Source: Nitrospinota bacterium | Lineage (GTDB): Bacteria > Nitrospinota > Nitrospinia > Nitrospinales > JACRGP01 | Length of the DNA: 45,453 nucleotides | Direction: 5' to 3' | NCBI GenBank assembly: GCA_016217765.1 | Contig: JACRGP010000110.1 | Location: forward strand, 1-45,453 | The notes under the pieces: generated by a model | What the model was told of the DNA's origin: nothing | Databases searched by the model: none | Seen by the model: the letters and a program-made list of their open reading frames with translations, nothing else | Made by a program: the position numbers and the translations under genes | In this document: one piece after another, positions 27,963 through 38,529 of the stretch | Layout of the letters: each line of letters opens with the position of its first letter | Numbering within the stretch: position 1 is the stretch's first letter

Positions 27963-29375
27963 TTACGCGTCGTAGTAGAGATGGAATTCCATGGGATGCG
28001 GCCGCATGCGGACGGGGGTGATTTCGGCTTCTCGCTTGTAGCTGATCCAGCGGTCGACGATGTCCTGGGTGAAGACGTCCCCCTTGAGCAGGAAGTCGTG
28101 GTCTTTCTCCAGTTCGTTGAGGGCCTCGTCGAGGGAACCGGGGAGGCTGGGGATGTTGGCCAACTCTTCCGGCCCGAGGGCGTAGATGTCCTTGTCCAGC
28201 GGTTCGCCCGGGTTGATTTTGTTTTGGATGCCGTCCAAACCCGCCATGAGCATCGCCGAGAACGCCAGGTAGCCGTTGCAGGCGGGATCCGGGAAACGGA
28301 CCTCGATCCTCTTGGCCTTGGGGCTTGGCGAATACATGGGGATGCGGATGGAGGCGCTGCGGTTTCTGCTGGAATAGGCCAGGTTGACCGGGGCTTCAAA
28401 TCCGGGCACCAGGCGCTTGTAGGAGTTGGTGGTGGGCGCCACGATGGCGGCGAGGGCCTTGGCGTGTTTCAAGATGCCGCCGATGTAGTGCATGGCCATC
28501 TCGCTCATGCCGGCGTAGGCGTTGCCCGCGAACAGGGGTTTCCCGCCTTTCCAGATGCTCTGGTGCACGTGCATGCCGGAACCGTTGTCGCCGTATAGCG
28601 GTTTGGGCATGAAGGTGGCGGTCTTGTTGTGTTTCCGGGCCACGTTCTTGACGATGTATTTGAACCACATCAGGTTGTCGGCGCACTTGGTCAGGTTGGA
28701 AAAGCGCATGTCGATTTCGCATTGGCCGCCGGTGGCGACTTCATGGTGATGGCATTCCATGGAAATGCCGACCTTTTCCATCAGCAGAGTCATTTCGCTC
28801 CGGATGTCTTGCAGGCTGTCCGTGGGCGGGACGGGGAAATAGCCTTCCTTGTAGCGGGGTTTGTAGCCCAGGTTGGGGCTCTCCATCCGCCCGGTGTTCC
28901 AGTTGCCTTCCGTGGAATCGACGGAGTACATCGCGCTGTGCTGGTTCAGTTGATAACGGACGTCCTCGAACACGAAGAACTCCGCTTCCGGGCCGAAGTA
29001 GGCGGTGTCGCCGATCCCGGTCGATTGCAGGTAGGCCTCCGCCTTCTGCGCGATATTCCTGGGGTCGCGGGTGTATTTCTCCTTGGTGAGGGGGTCGATG
29101 ATGTTGCAGATCATGCTGATGGTCGGAATATTCGTGAAGGGATCCATCACGGCGGTGGCGGGATCGGGCACGATCAGCATGTCGCTGGCGTTGATGGTCT
29201 GCCAGCCGCGGATACTGGACCCGTCGAACCCTTTTCCCTCGTCGAACAGGTGTTCCACCAATTCGCTGATGGGCACCGAGGTGTGTTGCCAGGTGCCCAG
29301 CAGGTCCATGAATTTGAAATCGACTATCGCGGCGTTGTTTTTCTTTGCAAAATCCACTACCTCTCTCGGCATCAT
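27963..29375 (-). CDS. glnA: Glutamine synthetase type I (adenylylatable)
   Basis: [55 protein letters not shown] (adenylylated Tyr). Confidence 0.98.
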   Translation of the reverse strand: MMPREVVDFAKKNNAAIVDFKFMDLLGTWQHTSVPISELVEHLFDEGKGFDGSSIRGWQTINASDMLIVPDPATAVMDPFTNIPTISMICNIIDPLTKEKYTRDPRNIAQKAEAYLQSTGIGDTAYFGPEAEFFVFEDVRYQLNQHSAMYSVDSTEGNWNTGRMESPNLGYKPRYKEGYFPVPPTDSLQDIRSEMTLLMEKVGISMECHHHEVATGGQCEIDMRFSNLTKCADNLMWFKYIVKNVARKHNKTATFMPKPLYGDNGSGMHVHQSIWKGGKPLFAGNAYAGMSEMAMHYIGGILKHAKALAAIVAPTTNSYKRLVPGFEAPVNLAYSSRNRSASIRIPMYSPSPKAKRIEVRFPDPACNGYLAFSAMLMAGLDGIQNKINPGEPLDKDIYALGPEELANIPSLPGSLDEALNELEKDHDFLLKGDVFTQDIVDRWISYKREAEITPVRMRPHPMEFHLYYDA

Positions 29376-29558
29376 CGAGCGGCTCCCTCCAGAAATGTTA
29401 AGTTGAAAAAAAATAAAGTTTTCCCGGTCCTCCCTCTTTCAGGAAGCCGGGGATTTTTAATCCATCGATCGAGCAATGAGTTCCCGGGCTGGTCCGGGAC
29501 CGCGCCGCGTCCGCGGAAAAAGACGTGGGAACGCAAAACGAACGGGACGCGTTTCCGC

Positions 29559-29912
<354 letters not shown>

Positions 29913-30071
29913 CTAACTCCCGACGTTTTTAATAGGGCCAAAAGCGGATCGGATAATAAGCAAAGGGTCGAGAATTTCCGCGGGACGCGGAACGTTTCCG
30001 CCGTGCAACCGGACTCCTTTGATAAAGACGCCGATTTCAAATAATCAGCCCGCCTCTATATCGCCGAATAG

Positions 30072-30088
30072 TTCAATAATCATGCCAA
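30072..30088 (-). promoter_or_regulatory. Putative sigma-54 promoter of glnB-glnA (GA at -12)
   Basis: Minus strand TTGGCATGATTATTGAA = GG-N10-GA, about 175 bp upstream of glnB. Confidence 0.45.
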
Positions 30089-30340
30089 TGAGGAACCGCG
30101 AAAACCGGAAAAGTATTGCGCGTTAACCAATTGTTTTTTAACGATTTGGCGCGATATCGAGGTTTGGGGCCTGGCGCGGCGGAATTCGCGCGCCGAATAT
30201 TTGCCCATCATTTCGACATTGAGTTTGCAAAGTGATAAAAAATAAAGCACTTTTATACACCATTTTTCAACCTTCGGGAAGCACAAAAAGGGGGTAGGGG
30301 ATGGGGGCGGGGGGTCGAGTCCAAACCGTAAAATAGAGTT

Positions 30341-30988
30341 CTAGGAAAACTCTCCCGCCGCGGCGGTGATGTGGTTGAGCGAAGCCTCCATTTCCCGGCG
30401 TTTGGCCTGGACGGCGTCGTCGCCGGCTTCGCGGGGAACCTGGATGGGTTTGCCAAAGTTGAGTTGGCAACGGGAGAAGGGCAGGGGCAGGGCAAACCGG
30501 TCCCAACTGTTAAACTCGATTTTCCGTTCGGCGTCGTAGGTCATGGGGATCACCGGGGCGCCGGTGGCGCGGGCCAGTTGGATGCAACCGGGTTGGGCTT
30601 GGCAACGCGGGCCGCGGGAACCGTCGGCGACGACGATGATTCTTCCCTCGTTGCGCAGTACCTTGATCAGGGAGCGGGCCCCGGCCTTGGCCTGTTTGAA
30701 GGTCGAGCCGCGGATCACGGAATAACCCATGAGACGGGCCAGGCGCGCCAGGAGGTCGCCGTCCGCGCTGGGGCTGACGAGAAGGTAATAATCGGGCCGC
30801 GACCGGTAGTGGTAGAACAGGTAAAAGATCCTGCCGTGCCACAAGGTGAGGATGTATTTGCCGGGAAGGTTTTGAAAATAATTTTCTCCTTCCGGGTTCA
30901 AATTCTTTTCGCGCAGGGTCCGGCACAGGAGTTGGACGACGCCGTAAAGAAGGTAGGGCAGGACGTAATTAAATAGAAACTTTTTCAT
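30341..30988 (-). CDS. Lysophospholipid acyltransferase family protein (DUF374-like)
   Basis: LWHG, VSPSADG, IRGS, ADGSRGP, SWDRFALPLPF. Confidence 0.85.
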   Translation of the reverse strand: MKKFLFNYVLPYLLYGVVQLLCRTLREKNLNPEGENYFQNLPGKYILTLWHGRIFYLFYHYRSRPDYYLLVSPSADGDLLARLARLMGYSVIRGSTFKQAKAGARSLIKVLRNEGRIIVVADGSRGPRCQAQPGCIQLARATGAPVIPMTYDAERKIEFNSWDRFALPLPFSRCQLNFGKPIQVPREAGDDAVQAKRREMEASLNHITAAAGEFS

Positions 30989-32144
30989 GGGTGGGGCTGA
31001 TTTTCAGATAGGCGAGAATGCTTTTGGCTATCCTGCGGGCCACGCCCGGTTCCCCAAGGGATTCGCGGACCCGGAGCAGGCGGGAGCGGATCGCCTGGCC
31101 GCGCGCCGGGTCTCCGAGGACGCTTAGGGCTTCCTGGGCTATGCGCTCCGCGGTCGCTTCTCCCTGGAGCAGTTCCGGCACGACCTCTTCTCCCGCGACG
31201 ATGTTGATCAGGCCGAAATTTTTCACGCGGACGAACCAGCGGCCCATCCAGAAGGTGAGCGGACGGAGTTTGTACACGATCACCATGGGGCGGCCCAGCA
31301 GACCGGCTTCGAGCGTCGCCGAACCCGATGCGACGACGAGGTAATCGCAACAACTCATCGCGTCGTAGGTTTTTCCCGCGACGCACCGGACCGCCACCGG
31401 GCTGTTTTTCAGTTTCTCCCGGATGTATCCGGGGTCGATCGAGTCGGCGATGGGGAGTATGAACTGGCAGTCGCGCAGTCCTTTCCGGATCAGGGCGGCG
31501 GCGCGGACCATGGTGTCGAGGAGGCGGTCGATTTCGCTGATCCGGCTCCCCGGCAGGAGGCCCACCGTTTTGGTCCCCGGCGCGAGCCCGAATTCGCGGC
31601 AAGCCTCCTCGGACGTAAGCGCGGGACGCACCAGCTCGACGAACGGGTGCCCGACGAACTCGACGTCCACCCCGGCATCCCGGTAGATTTGCTCCTCGAA
31701 GGGCAGGATCACGAACATTTTATTTATCCGCCGGCGGATCTTCTTGACGCGTCCCTTCCGCCAGGCCCAAACCTGCGGGCTGATGAAGAAGAACGTCGGC
31801 AGGTTGGCTTTTCTGCAGATTTTCGCCAGGAGCAGATTGAACAAAGGGTAGTGGACCAGGATGGCGGCCTGGTATTTGCCGCTCAGGATCTCCTTGCTCA
31901 GGGCCCTGTAGATTTGCCAGTGATGGCGAAGGCTTCCCAGGGATTCGAAGAAACCGATCCCTCCCATGCGGTGGTCGATATCGAACAGCGTACGCGCGCC
32001 CGCCTGGCGCATTTTTTTGCCGCCCAGTCCGGAAATTTGAAAGTCCGGCCGCATTTCCATGAGGGACGCGACCAGGCCGGCCCCCTGCAAGTCGCCGGAC
32101 TCCTCGCCCGCGCTGATGAAAATCCTGTAAGGTCCGGAACTCAT
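30969..32144 (-). CDS. lpxB: Lipid A disaccharide synthase
   Basis: SAGEESGD, SPQVWAWRKGR, ILPFE, FVGHP, LLPGSR, ASGSATLE, VVPELLQ. Confidence 0.95.
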   Translation of the reverse strand: MSSGPYRIFISAGEESGDLQGAGLVASLMEMRPDFQISGLGGKKMRQAGARTLFDIDHRMGGIGFFESLGSLRHHWQIYRALSKEILSGKYQAAILVHYPLFNLLLAKICRKANLPTFFFISPQVWAWRKGRVKKIRRRINKMFVILPFEEQIYRDAGVDVEFVGHPFVELVRPALTSEEACREFGLAPGTKTVGLLPGSRISEIDRLLDTMVRAAALIRKGLRDCQFILPIADSIDPGYIREKLKNSPVAVRCVAGKTYDAMSCCDYLVVASGSATLEAGLLGRPMVIVYKLRPLTFWMGRWFVRVKNFGLINIVAGEEVVPELLQGEATAERIAQEALSVLGDPARGQAIRSRLLRVRESLGEPGVARRIAKSILAYLKISPTHEKVSI

Positions 32145-32160
32145 GGTCTCGGCGGCGCCT

Positions 32161-32976
32161 CTAGACGCATAGGATGGACAACCCCGCCGCGTCGGCAAGC
32201 CGGACCGTTTCGGCCTGGTCGATCAGCATGATGCGCCCGGCCTCCAGGGCCAGGACCGACGCGCGGCCCCGGACGAGCGTACGGACCGTTTCCGGGCCGA
32301 CGCCGGGGCAGTCGTAGCGAAAGTCCTGTTCCGTTCTGCTGACTTTGATGGCGACCGCCCGGTCCCGGGCCAGCGTGCATCCCCGTTCCAGCGCGCGGTC
32401 CGTTCCCTCGATGGCTTCCACCGCGATCACGGTCTTGTTTTTTACGACGAGGGTCTGCCCGATTTCCAGGTCGGCCATTTTCCGGGCCAGGGGAATCCCG
32501 AACCCGATGTCCTCCATCTCCGCGGGGGACGGACGGTTGCGGGTCAACAGCCCCGCGCCGGGAAATATTTCCCTCATGCACTCTCTTTGGTCCAGGACCT
32601 TGAAGCCGTCGTTTTCCAGGGTTTGAATGATGCCGGTCATCACGGTTTTGTCTTCCTTGTTCTTCAAGCGGGCAAGGAACTTCAGCGCCTGGAAGTCGAA
32701 TAGCTGGAGCTTGAAGATCAGGTTCTTTTCCACCTTTCCCAGGATGATGAGGTCGGCGACGTTTTCGTCCTTCAAGGTCTGGTGGATTTTCCCGGCGCGG
32801 CCGATCGGGATGGAATAATTTTTTTCCGCGTAGGGGGCCAGGCGCGCGTCGATGTCGTCGGAAAAAGCGATGGAGACCAGCTTGATCCCCTTGTCGCGGG
32901 CCCGGCGGGCGAAGTAGACGGGAATGTCTCCCGAGCCTGCGAGGAGGCCGATGCGCTTGGGCGAAGTTTCGTTCAT
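32161..32976 (-). CDS. lpxI: UDP-2,3-diacylglucosamine pyrophosphatase LpxI
   Basis: IGLLAGSG, EIGQT, AVEAIEGTD, QDFRYDCPGVG, LALEAG; lies in the lipid A operon. Confidence 0.88.
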   Translation of the reverse strand: MNETSPKRIGLLAGSGDIPVYFARRARDKGIKLVSIAFSDDIDARLAPYAEKNYSIPIGRAGKIHQTLKDENVADLIILGKVEKNLIFKLQLFDFQALKFLARLKNKEDKTVMTGIIQTLENDGFKVLDQRECMREIFPGAGLLTRNRPSPAEMEDIGFGIPLARKMADLEIGQTLVVKNKTVIAVEAIEGTDRALERGCTLARDRAVAIKVSRTEQDFRYDCPGVGPETVRTLVRGRASVLALEAGRIMLIDQAETVRLADAAGLSILCV

Positions 32977-33027
32977 GGTCGCGTTCCGGTCGCGGACCGG
33001 GCCTTGGCGCGATTTCCTGGGTACAGC

Positions 33028-34008
33028 CTAGGCGTCCCGCGCACCGCGGGTTTTCCGGTCGTCGAATTGCTTCAGAATATCCAGGGCGATTTCCAGGGAA
33101 TAGAGTTCCTTCTCCGCGGCCACTTTGCGCGGGCTCCCGTTTCCGGCGCAATCCAGAAAATGCTTGAGTTCCAGCTTCAAGGGGTTGTCCTTGTGGACGA
33201 ATATCCGCTCCACCAGGGATTCCTGCTTGTAGCGGAGAAACCCCTTGCGCATGACGTTTTCCGACGAGGACTGCCGGTGGACGAAGATTTCCTGCTCCGT
33301 ATAGTCCAGGAGCACGAAAGAGTCTTTTTGCGTGACCGAGAGCGTCCGCTCCTTGTTCTGCGAAGCCCGGCTGGCGACCAGGTTGGCGACGCAACGGTTC
33401 TCGAACTCGATCTGGGCGTTCACGATGTCGTCCTTGCCGGAAAACACGGAAATCCCCATGACGTTGACGGCGGACACTTTCGATTGGATGAGGTTCAGGA
33501 CGATATCGATATCGTGGATCATCACGTCCATCACGACGCCGTCGTCCTTGATCCGGTCCGAGTAGGGGCTCGTCCTCTTGCACTCGACGAAGAGAGGGTC
33601 CGTCACCAGTTTGTGCAGTTCCTGGACGGCGCCGTTAAAGCGTTCGATGTGGCCGACGTGGAGCGTGAGCCGTTTTTTGCCGGCCAGGTCGAAAAGCTCG
33701 CGCGCGTCCTGTAACGTGTTGGCGCACGGTTTCTCCAGCAGGACGTGGACTCCCGCGGCCAGGAACTCTTTCGCCACGGAATAGTGCGCGGAAGTGGGGA
33801 CGGCGATGACGATGGCGTCCACGCAACCGATCATGTCCGCGCATCGGGCGTAATGGGGGATGCCGTATTTTTTCCCGATCGACTCGGCGCGGGTCTCGTC
33901 GATATCGGCTATGCCGACGAGTTCCGCTTCCGGCAATTCGGACAAAACCCCGACATGGTATTCGCCCATTTTCCCGATGCCGACGACGCCCGTTTTAATC
34001 GGACTCAT
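33028..34008 (-). CDS. Gfo/Idh/MocA oxidoreductase (GnnA-like UDP-GlcNAc 3-dehydrogenase)
   Basis: GVVGIGKMG, VLLEKP, VGHIERFN, DVMIHDID, ASRAS; located between lpxA and lpxI/lpxB. Confidence 0.85.
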   Translation of the reverse strand: MSPIKTGVVGIGKMGEYHVGVLSELPEAELVGIADIDETRAESIGKKYGIPHYARCADMIGCVDAIVIAVPTSAHYSVAKEFLAAGVHVLLEKPCANTLQDARELFDLAGKKRLTLHVGHIERFNGAVQELHKLVTDPLFVECKRTSPYSDRIKDDGVVMDVMIHDIDIVLNLIQSKVSAVNVMGISVFSGKDDIVNAQIEFENRCVANLVASRASQNKERTLSVTQKDSFVLLDYTEQEIFVHRQSSSENVMRKGFLRYKQESLVERIFVHKDNPLKLELKHFLDCAGNGSPRKVAAEKELYSLEIALDILKQFDDRKTRGARDA

Positions 34009-34831
34009 GATTGGAATTTCCTTTGGTTATGCCCTTGGTTATGCCGCGGGAAGAATCGTTGATGAACTGAACAAGATATCCGATTTCCTCCGCCATTTCA
34101 ATTTCGCTTTCGATTTTCTCGACGGCCTGGGCGGTGTTCAATTCGGCCCGGCGGAGCAGTTTGAAGGCGCGTTTCAGGGCGGCGCGGACCTCGGGCGAAA
34201 AACCGCGCCGGCGCAGTCCTACGGAATTGAGACCGACCAACCTGGGGGGCGGCCCGCCGACCAGGCTGTAGGGAAGGACGTCCTGCCTGACGATCATTCC
34301 TCCTGCCACCATGGCGTGTTTGCCGACCCGCGCGAATTGGTGCACGCCGACATACCCGGAAATGAACGCATGTTCGCCGACGGTCACGTGTCCGGCCAAC
34401 CCCGTGCAGTTCACGACGGTCGCGTTGTCGCCGACTTCGCAGTCGTGTCCCGCGTGGGAATAGGCCATAAACATGCAGTTTTTGCCGAGACGCGTGACGC
34501 CGTTTTCCTTTCCTCCCCGGTGGATGGTGACGTACTCGCGGATCACGCAACCGTCGCCGATCTCGACCGACGAGGGGACGTCCTTGAAATTGGATATCTG
34601 CGGCGGACCGCCGATGGCCGCGCCGTGAAAGATCCGGCAATTACCGCCTATGGTAACGCCCGGTTCGATCAGCGCGTTGGCGCCGATCTCGGTGGAGTCT
34701 CCGATGCGGACGTTGGCGCCAACGATGGAGTTGGGGCCTATGGAAACGCCGTCTCCGAGGACCGCGCTTGGGTGGACTATCGCTGTGTTGTGGATGTTCG
34801 ATGCCAAAGGCCGCAATGCCATGAGCCCCAT
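33995..34831 (-). CDS. lpxA: Acyl-ACP--UDP-N-acetylglucosamine acyltransferase
   Basis: Hexapeptide repeats, IREYVTIHRG, SHAGHDC, VHQF, GLNSVGLRRRGF. Start uncertain. Confidence 0.95.
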   Translation of the reverse strand: MGLMALRPLASNIHNTAIVHPSAVLGDGVSIGPNSIVGANVRIGDSTEIGANALIEPGVTIGGNCRIFHGAAIGGPPQISNFKDVPSSVEIGDGCVIREYVTIHRGGKENGVTRLGKNCMFMAYSHAGHDCEVGDNATVVNCTGLAGHVTVGEHAFISGYVGVHQFARVGKHAMVAGGMIVRQDVLPYSLVGGPPPRLVGLNSVGLRRRGFSPEVRAALKRAFKLLRRAELNTAQAVEKIESEIEMAEEIGYLVQFINDSSRGITKGITKGNSNHESD

Positions 34832-34988
34832 CGTGTATTCTGGAAAATCTTCATGCGCGGAAGGCGCGTGGGGCGGACCAGGTTCGAATCGCCAGGGTTT
34901 GAAAACGCCTGGTTATCTTAAATCGTTTTCGCAAACTTTTTATGCTCTCGTTTTCGTCCGGACGTTTTGACGGTCGTCCGGGGTAAAG

Positions 34989-35447
34989 TCATTCAGGATT
35001 TGCCGTCTCCGCTTTTTCCGTCTTGCCCAGGATCGCCTGTAAAACCGCCTCGGCGGCCAGTTGATCTCCCACAAAAGCGTTGCCTTGGAACTTGAACAAG
35101 TCGCCGCGCTGTTTGATCTTCGTGAGTTCCAGGCGGAGCAGGTCTCCGGGGACCACGGGCCTGCGAAATCTGGCCTCTTCGATGCCGGTGAAATAGATCA
35201 GCGGATGGCCCTCTTTTTTCAGGATTTTCATTCCCAGGATACAACCCACCTGGCCCATGGCCTCGATGATCAAAACGCCCGGCAGAACGGGATATTCGGG
35301 GAAATGCCCTTGAAAAAAAGGCTCGTTCACGGTGATGCATTTGACGCCCACGATCCGGGACTCGTTGTCGCATTCGATGATGCGGTCCACCATCAGGAAC
35401 GGGTAGCGGTGCGGGAGAATTCTTTTGATTTCCTTGATGTCCATCAT
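34989..35447 (-). CDS. fabZ: 3-hydroxyacyl-ACP dehydratase
   Basis: LPHRYPFLMVD, NEPFFQGHFP, PGVLIIEAMGQ. Confidence 0.97.
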   Translation of the reverse strand: MMDIKEIKRILPHRYPFLMVDRIIECDNESRIVGVKCITVNEPFFQGHFPEYPVLPGVLIIEAMGQVGCILGMKILKKEGHPLIYFTGIEEARFRRPVVPGDLLRLELTKIKQRGDLFKFQGNAFVGDQLAAEAVLQAILGKTEKAETANPE

Positions 35448-35510
35448 GGCGTTGCATTCCTTTCCTGTCTGAAAACGAAAAGGAGGGCGAAGAGACGGGG
35501 CGGCGGCGCG

Positions 35511-36059
35511 TCAGGGGTTGGCCTTGTCATAGGCCTTGATGGCCAGGTCCGTCAAATCGTCGTCGGGGGAAAAATAGAACACGGCGCTCCTCTCGAGGAT
35601 CATGGTGTATTTTTTTTCCTTGCCCATGGCCTGGACGACCTTGATCATTTTTTGCAGGAGATTGTCGGTGATTTGTTTTTCCCTCCGGTTGTATTCCTCG
35701 TTGCGGTCCTGAACGTAGCGTTCGAACTCGCGCTTGTCTTTCATGAAGCCTTCTTCCTTTTTCTTTTTCAAGTCGGGGCTGAGCACGAAACCCTGTTTGT
35801 TGAGGTCTTCCAGTTCCTGGCGGATGGATTTCTCTTTTTCGGCGATCACCGTCTTTTCTTTTTGGAAGTCGGTCTTGAAGGTAGCGAACTCCTTTTTCCA
35901 TTCCTTGGTCCCGGAAACGGCTTTTTGCAGGTCGACAAATCCGATCCTGGCGTCCTGGCCGAAGGCGAGGGACGCGGGAAGACTCAAAGCCAAAACCAAA
36001 CCCGCGAAAAGCGATCGCAAGAGGGATGTTCGGATGGGATCGGTTTTCTTCACAACCAT
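35511..36059 (-). CDS. skp: OmpH/Skp periplasmic chaperone
   Basis: Signal peptide, IGFVD, long coiled coil, DLT near the C-terminus; located between bamA and fabZ. Confidence 0.9.
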   Translation of the reverse strand: MVVKKTDPIRTSLLRSLFAGLVLALSLPASLAFGQDARIGFVDLQKAVSGTKEWKKEFATFKTDFQKEKTVIAEKEKSIRQELEDLNKQGFVLSPDLKKKKEEGFMKDKREFERYVQDRNEEYNRREKQITDNLLQKMIKVVQAMGKEKKYTMILERSAVFYFSPDDDLTDLAIKAYDKANP

Positions 36060-36095
36060 GGGTCGGTACCTTTCAAGAAGTTGGGTTTTATGCGG

Positions 36096-38372
36096 CTAGA
36101 ACGCGCTTCCGGCGGAGAAGTGGAACTCGCCGGGTTTTTCGCCGTCGCGTTGGTCCAGCTTGATCCCGTAGGCTACGCCGATCGGGCCGAAGGGGCTGAC
36201 GAAACGGATTCCCGTGCCGACGCTGGAGCGCATCGCGCCCGGGTCGAAGTGTTCGGCGGTGGCCGACAGGTTTGGCCCCGTCCCGTAGACGTTGCCGCGG
36301 TCGTAGAAAAGAAACCCGCGGAAGGCCTTGGTGAACGGGTACTGGGCCTCCACGTTGATCAAGACGGATTGGTTTCCGCCCAGGGGTTCGTCCTTGTTGT
36401 TCTTGGGGCCGACGTTGCGGATGGTGTAGCCGCGAAGCGTATTGGGGCCGCCCATGAAGTAGCGCTCGAAAATGGGCAGTTTCTCGTTCCCATAGCCGTC
36501 GGCGTAGTTGACCTCGGCGTGGACCATGCCCACCACTTTCGCGATCAAGGGACGGTAATAGGTCACCTCGTAACCCGAGCGGTGAAAGTCGGTCCCGCCC
36601 AAGGGCCCGCCGGCGATCTCGAACCGGACCACATGCCGCCATCCGCTGGACGGGTTGAGGAAATCGTCCCGCGTGTCGTGGACATAGGTGGGACCGATCC
36701 GGCTGGTGACGCGGGTCTCGTTTCTCAGGAAATCGGTGACGTTTTCCGCCGTGACGTTGGAAACCTCGACATCCTCGAAGCGGTAGTTGAGGCCCAGCCA
36801 GTCGTATTCGCCCAGGTTCCTGCCGAACCGCAAACCGCTCCCCGCGCTGTCGGAGCGGAAGCTGAAGAAATTGTATTGGCGCTTGAACACGTCGACCCCG
36901 CCCAGCACCTCGCTGTCGAACAGGCGGGGGTCGGTGAACGACAGGTTGAAGTTGGTCCGCACGGATGACAAGCTGGCCATGAAGGCCAGTTTTTGCCCCC
37001 TGCCGAACAGGTTGTCCTGCGCTACCGAGCCGGTGAAGATGAAGTTCTCCACCGAGCTGAACCCGGCGCCGACGGTCACGGAACCCGTCGGTTTTTCGGT
37101 GACCGTCGTGGCGATATCGATCAATTCGGGGTTTTTCCCCCGCTTGGTGTCGATCTTCACGTCCTCGAAGAAGTTGAGGTTGTTGATCCTCTGTTTGCTC
37201 CTCTTGAGTTTCTCGCTGTCGAACTGGTCTCCCTCTTTCAAGCGGAATTCGCGGCGGATGACGTTGTCGCGGGTCCGGGTATTCCCCACGATGCCGATGT
37301 CGCCGACGTAGACCTTCTTGCCCTTTTCGATCTCCATCTTGATATCGACGGTCTTCTGCTTGTCGTTGACGCTCGTGGTGGGGTTGACGTCGGCGTAGGC
37401 GTAGCCTTTTTTGGAAAACAATTCGGTCACGGCCAGAACGTCGTTGCGGATTTGCGACTCGTTGTAGGTATCGCCTTCCTTGGTCGCGACGGCTTTGCGA
37501 AGCTCTTCCGCGGAAAGGGTGTCGTCGCCCGCCATATGGATTTTGGCGATTTTATACCGCTCGCCCTCCTCCACGGGGATGGTGATGTGGATTTCCTTTT
37601 TCTTTTTGTTGATCTCGATCTGGGGTTCCAAGACCCGGACGCGCAAAAAACCGTTGTCGTGGTAAAAGCCCTCGACCCGGAGAAGGTCGAGCTTCAATAC
37701 GTCCTTTTTATAGATCCCGGATTCGTCGAGGAAGGCGAACCAGGTTTTTTCCTGGGTCTCCATCTGTTTGCGAAGTTCCTTGTCGGCGAAGCTCTTGTTC
37801 CCGGAGAACCGGATGGTCTCGATGCTGACCTTGCCTCCCTCGACGACGCGGATGACCACGTTGACCAGGTTTTCCGGGCTGATGTCGCTTTCGACCTTCA
37901 CGTCCACGAAAAAGAACCCTTTGTCGTGGTAGACCCTGGAGACCTCGTCGGTCGAGCTCTGGACCAGGTGTTCGTTGAAGGTGGCGCCGCGCTTGATGGC
38001 TATTTTCTCGAGGATGTCCTTGGTCTCGACTTTTTCGTTGCCCACCACCTTGACCGTGCCGACGGACGGGATCTCTTCCACGATGAAGGTGATTTCCACT
38101 CCGCCGCCGGCTTCGTTGGTCTCCACCCGGATGTCCTTGAACTGTCCCAGGCTGTAGATTTGTTCGATGTCTTTCCGGACCTGGGCGCCGGCGAGGGGCT
38201 GGCCGACCTCGGACTTGATGTAATAGCCGATGGTCGAGTTGTCGATCCGCTTATTGCCCTGGATTTTTATGGAGCGGATGATCATCCCTTCCTGGGCGTA
38301 CAACGGGCAAACAAGCCACGTTGTGAAAAACAACGCCCAGAAGGCGATAAAAAGTTTTTGGCGGGTGTTCAC
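36096..38372 (-). CDS. bamA: Outer membrane protein assembly factor BamA
   Basis: POTRA repeats, GNTRTRDNVIRRE, LRGY, SPFGPI, C-terminal Phe; GTG start. Confidence 0.96.
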   Translation of the reverse strand: MNTRQKLFIAFWALFFTTWLVCPLYAQEGMIIRSIKIQGNKRIDNSTIGYYIKSEVGQPLAGAQVRKDIEQIYSLGQFKDIRVETNEAGGGVEITFIVEEIPSVGTVKVVGNEKVETKDILEKIAIKRGATFNEHLVQSSTDEVSRVYHDKGFFFVDVKVESDISPENLVNVVIRVVEGGKVSIETIRFSGNKSFADKELRKQMETQEKTWFAFLDESGIYKKDVLKLDLLRVEGFYHDNGFLRVRVLEPQIEINKKKKEIHITIPVEEGERYKIAKIHMAGDDTLSAEELRKAVATKEGDTYNESQIRNDVLAVTELFSKKGYAYADVNPTTSVNDKQKTVDIKMEIEKGKKVYVGDIGIVGNTRTRDNVIRREFRLKEGDQFDSEKLKRSKQRINNLNFFEDVKIDTKRGKNPELIDIATTVTEKPTGSVTVGAGFSSVENFIFTGSVAQDNLFGRGQKLAFMASLSSVRTNFNLSFTDPRLFDSEVLGGVDVFKRQYNFFSFRSDSAGSGLRFGRNLGEYDWLGLNYRFEDVEVSNVTAENVTDFLRNETRVTSRIGPTYVHDTRDDFLNPSSGWRHVVRFEIAGGPLGGTDFHRSGYEVTYYRPLIAKVVGMVHAEVNYADGYGNEKLPIFERYFMGGPNTLRGYTIRNVGPKNNKDEPLGGNQSVLINVEAQYPFTKAFRGFLFYDRGNVYGTGPNLSATAEHFDPGAMRSSVGTGIRFVSPFGPIGVAYGIKLDQRDGEKPGEFHFSAGSAF

Positions 38373-38441
38373 TATTTCTCGCGGGAACTATCTGTTATTA
38401 ATCAGGTTAATGGCGATTTCTCTTGATAACGTTTCGTGGGC

Positions 38442-38493
38442 AAAAAAAAGTATTAAGCTTTCCAGCCCGAAGACCGGAAAGCTTAATACTTTT
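38442..38493 (-). terminator. Rho-independent terminator downstream of clpC
   Basis: 18-bp perfect inverted repeat AAAAGTATTAAGCTTTCC / GGAAAGCTTAATACTTTT, closing on a cUUCGg loop on the minus strand and followed by a U-run. Confidence 0.8.
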
Positions 38494-38529
38494 ACCACAA
38501 AACGGCTTGAATTTGTTTAAATATTCCGT

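Noticed and set aside
34021-34044. 12-bp tandem duplication at the lpxA 3' end (GITK-GITK)
   Set aside because: A real but trivial in-frame duplication in a variable tail.
34875-34900. GGTTCGAATC tRNA T-loop-like motif
   Set aside because: No T-stem closure, cloverleaf or acceptor stem.
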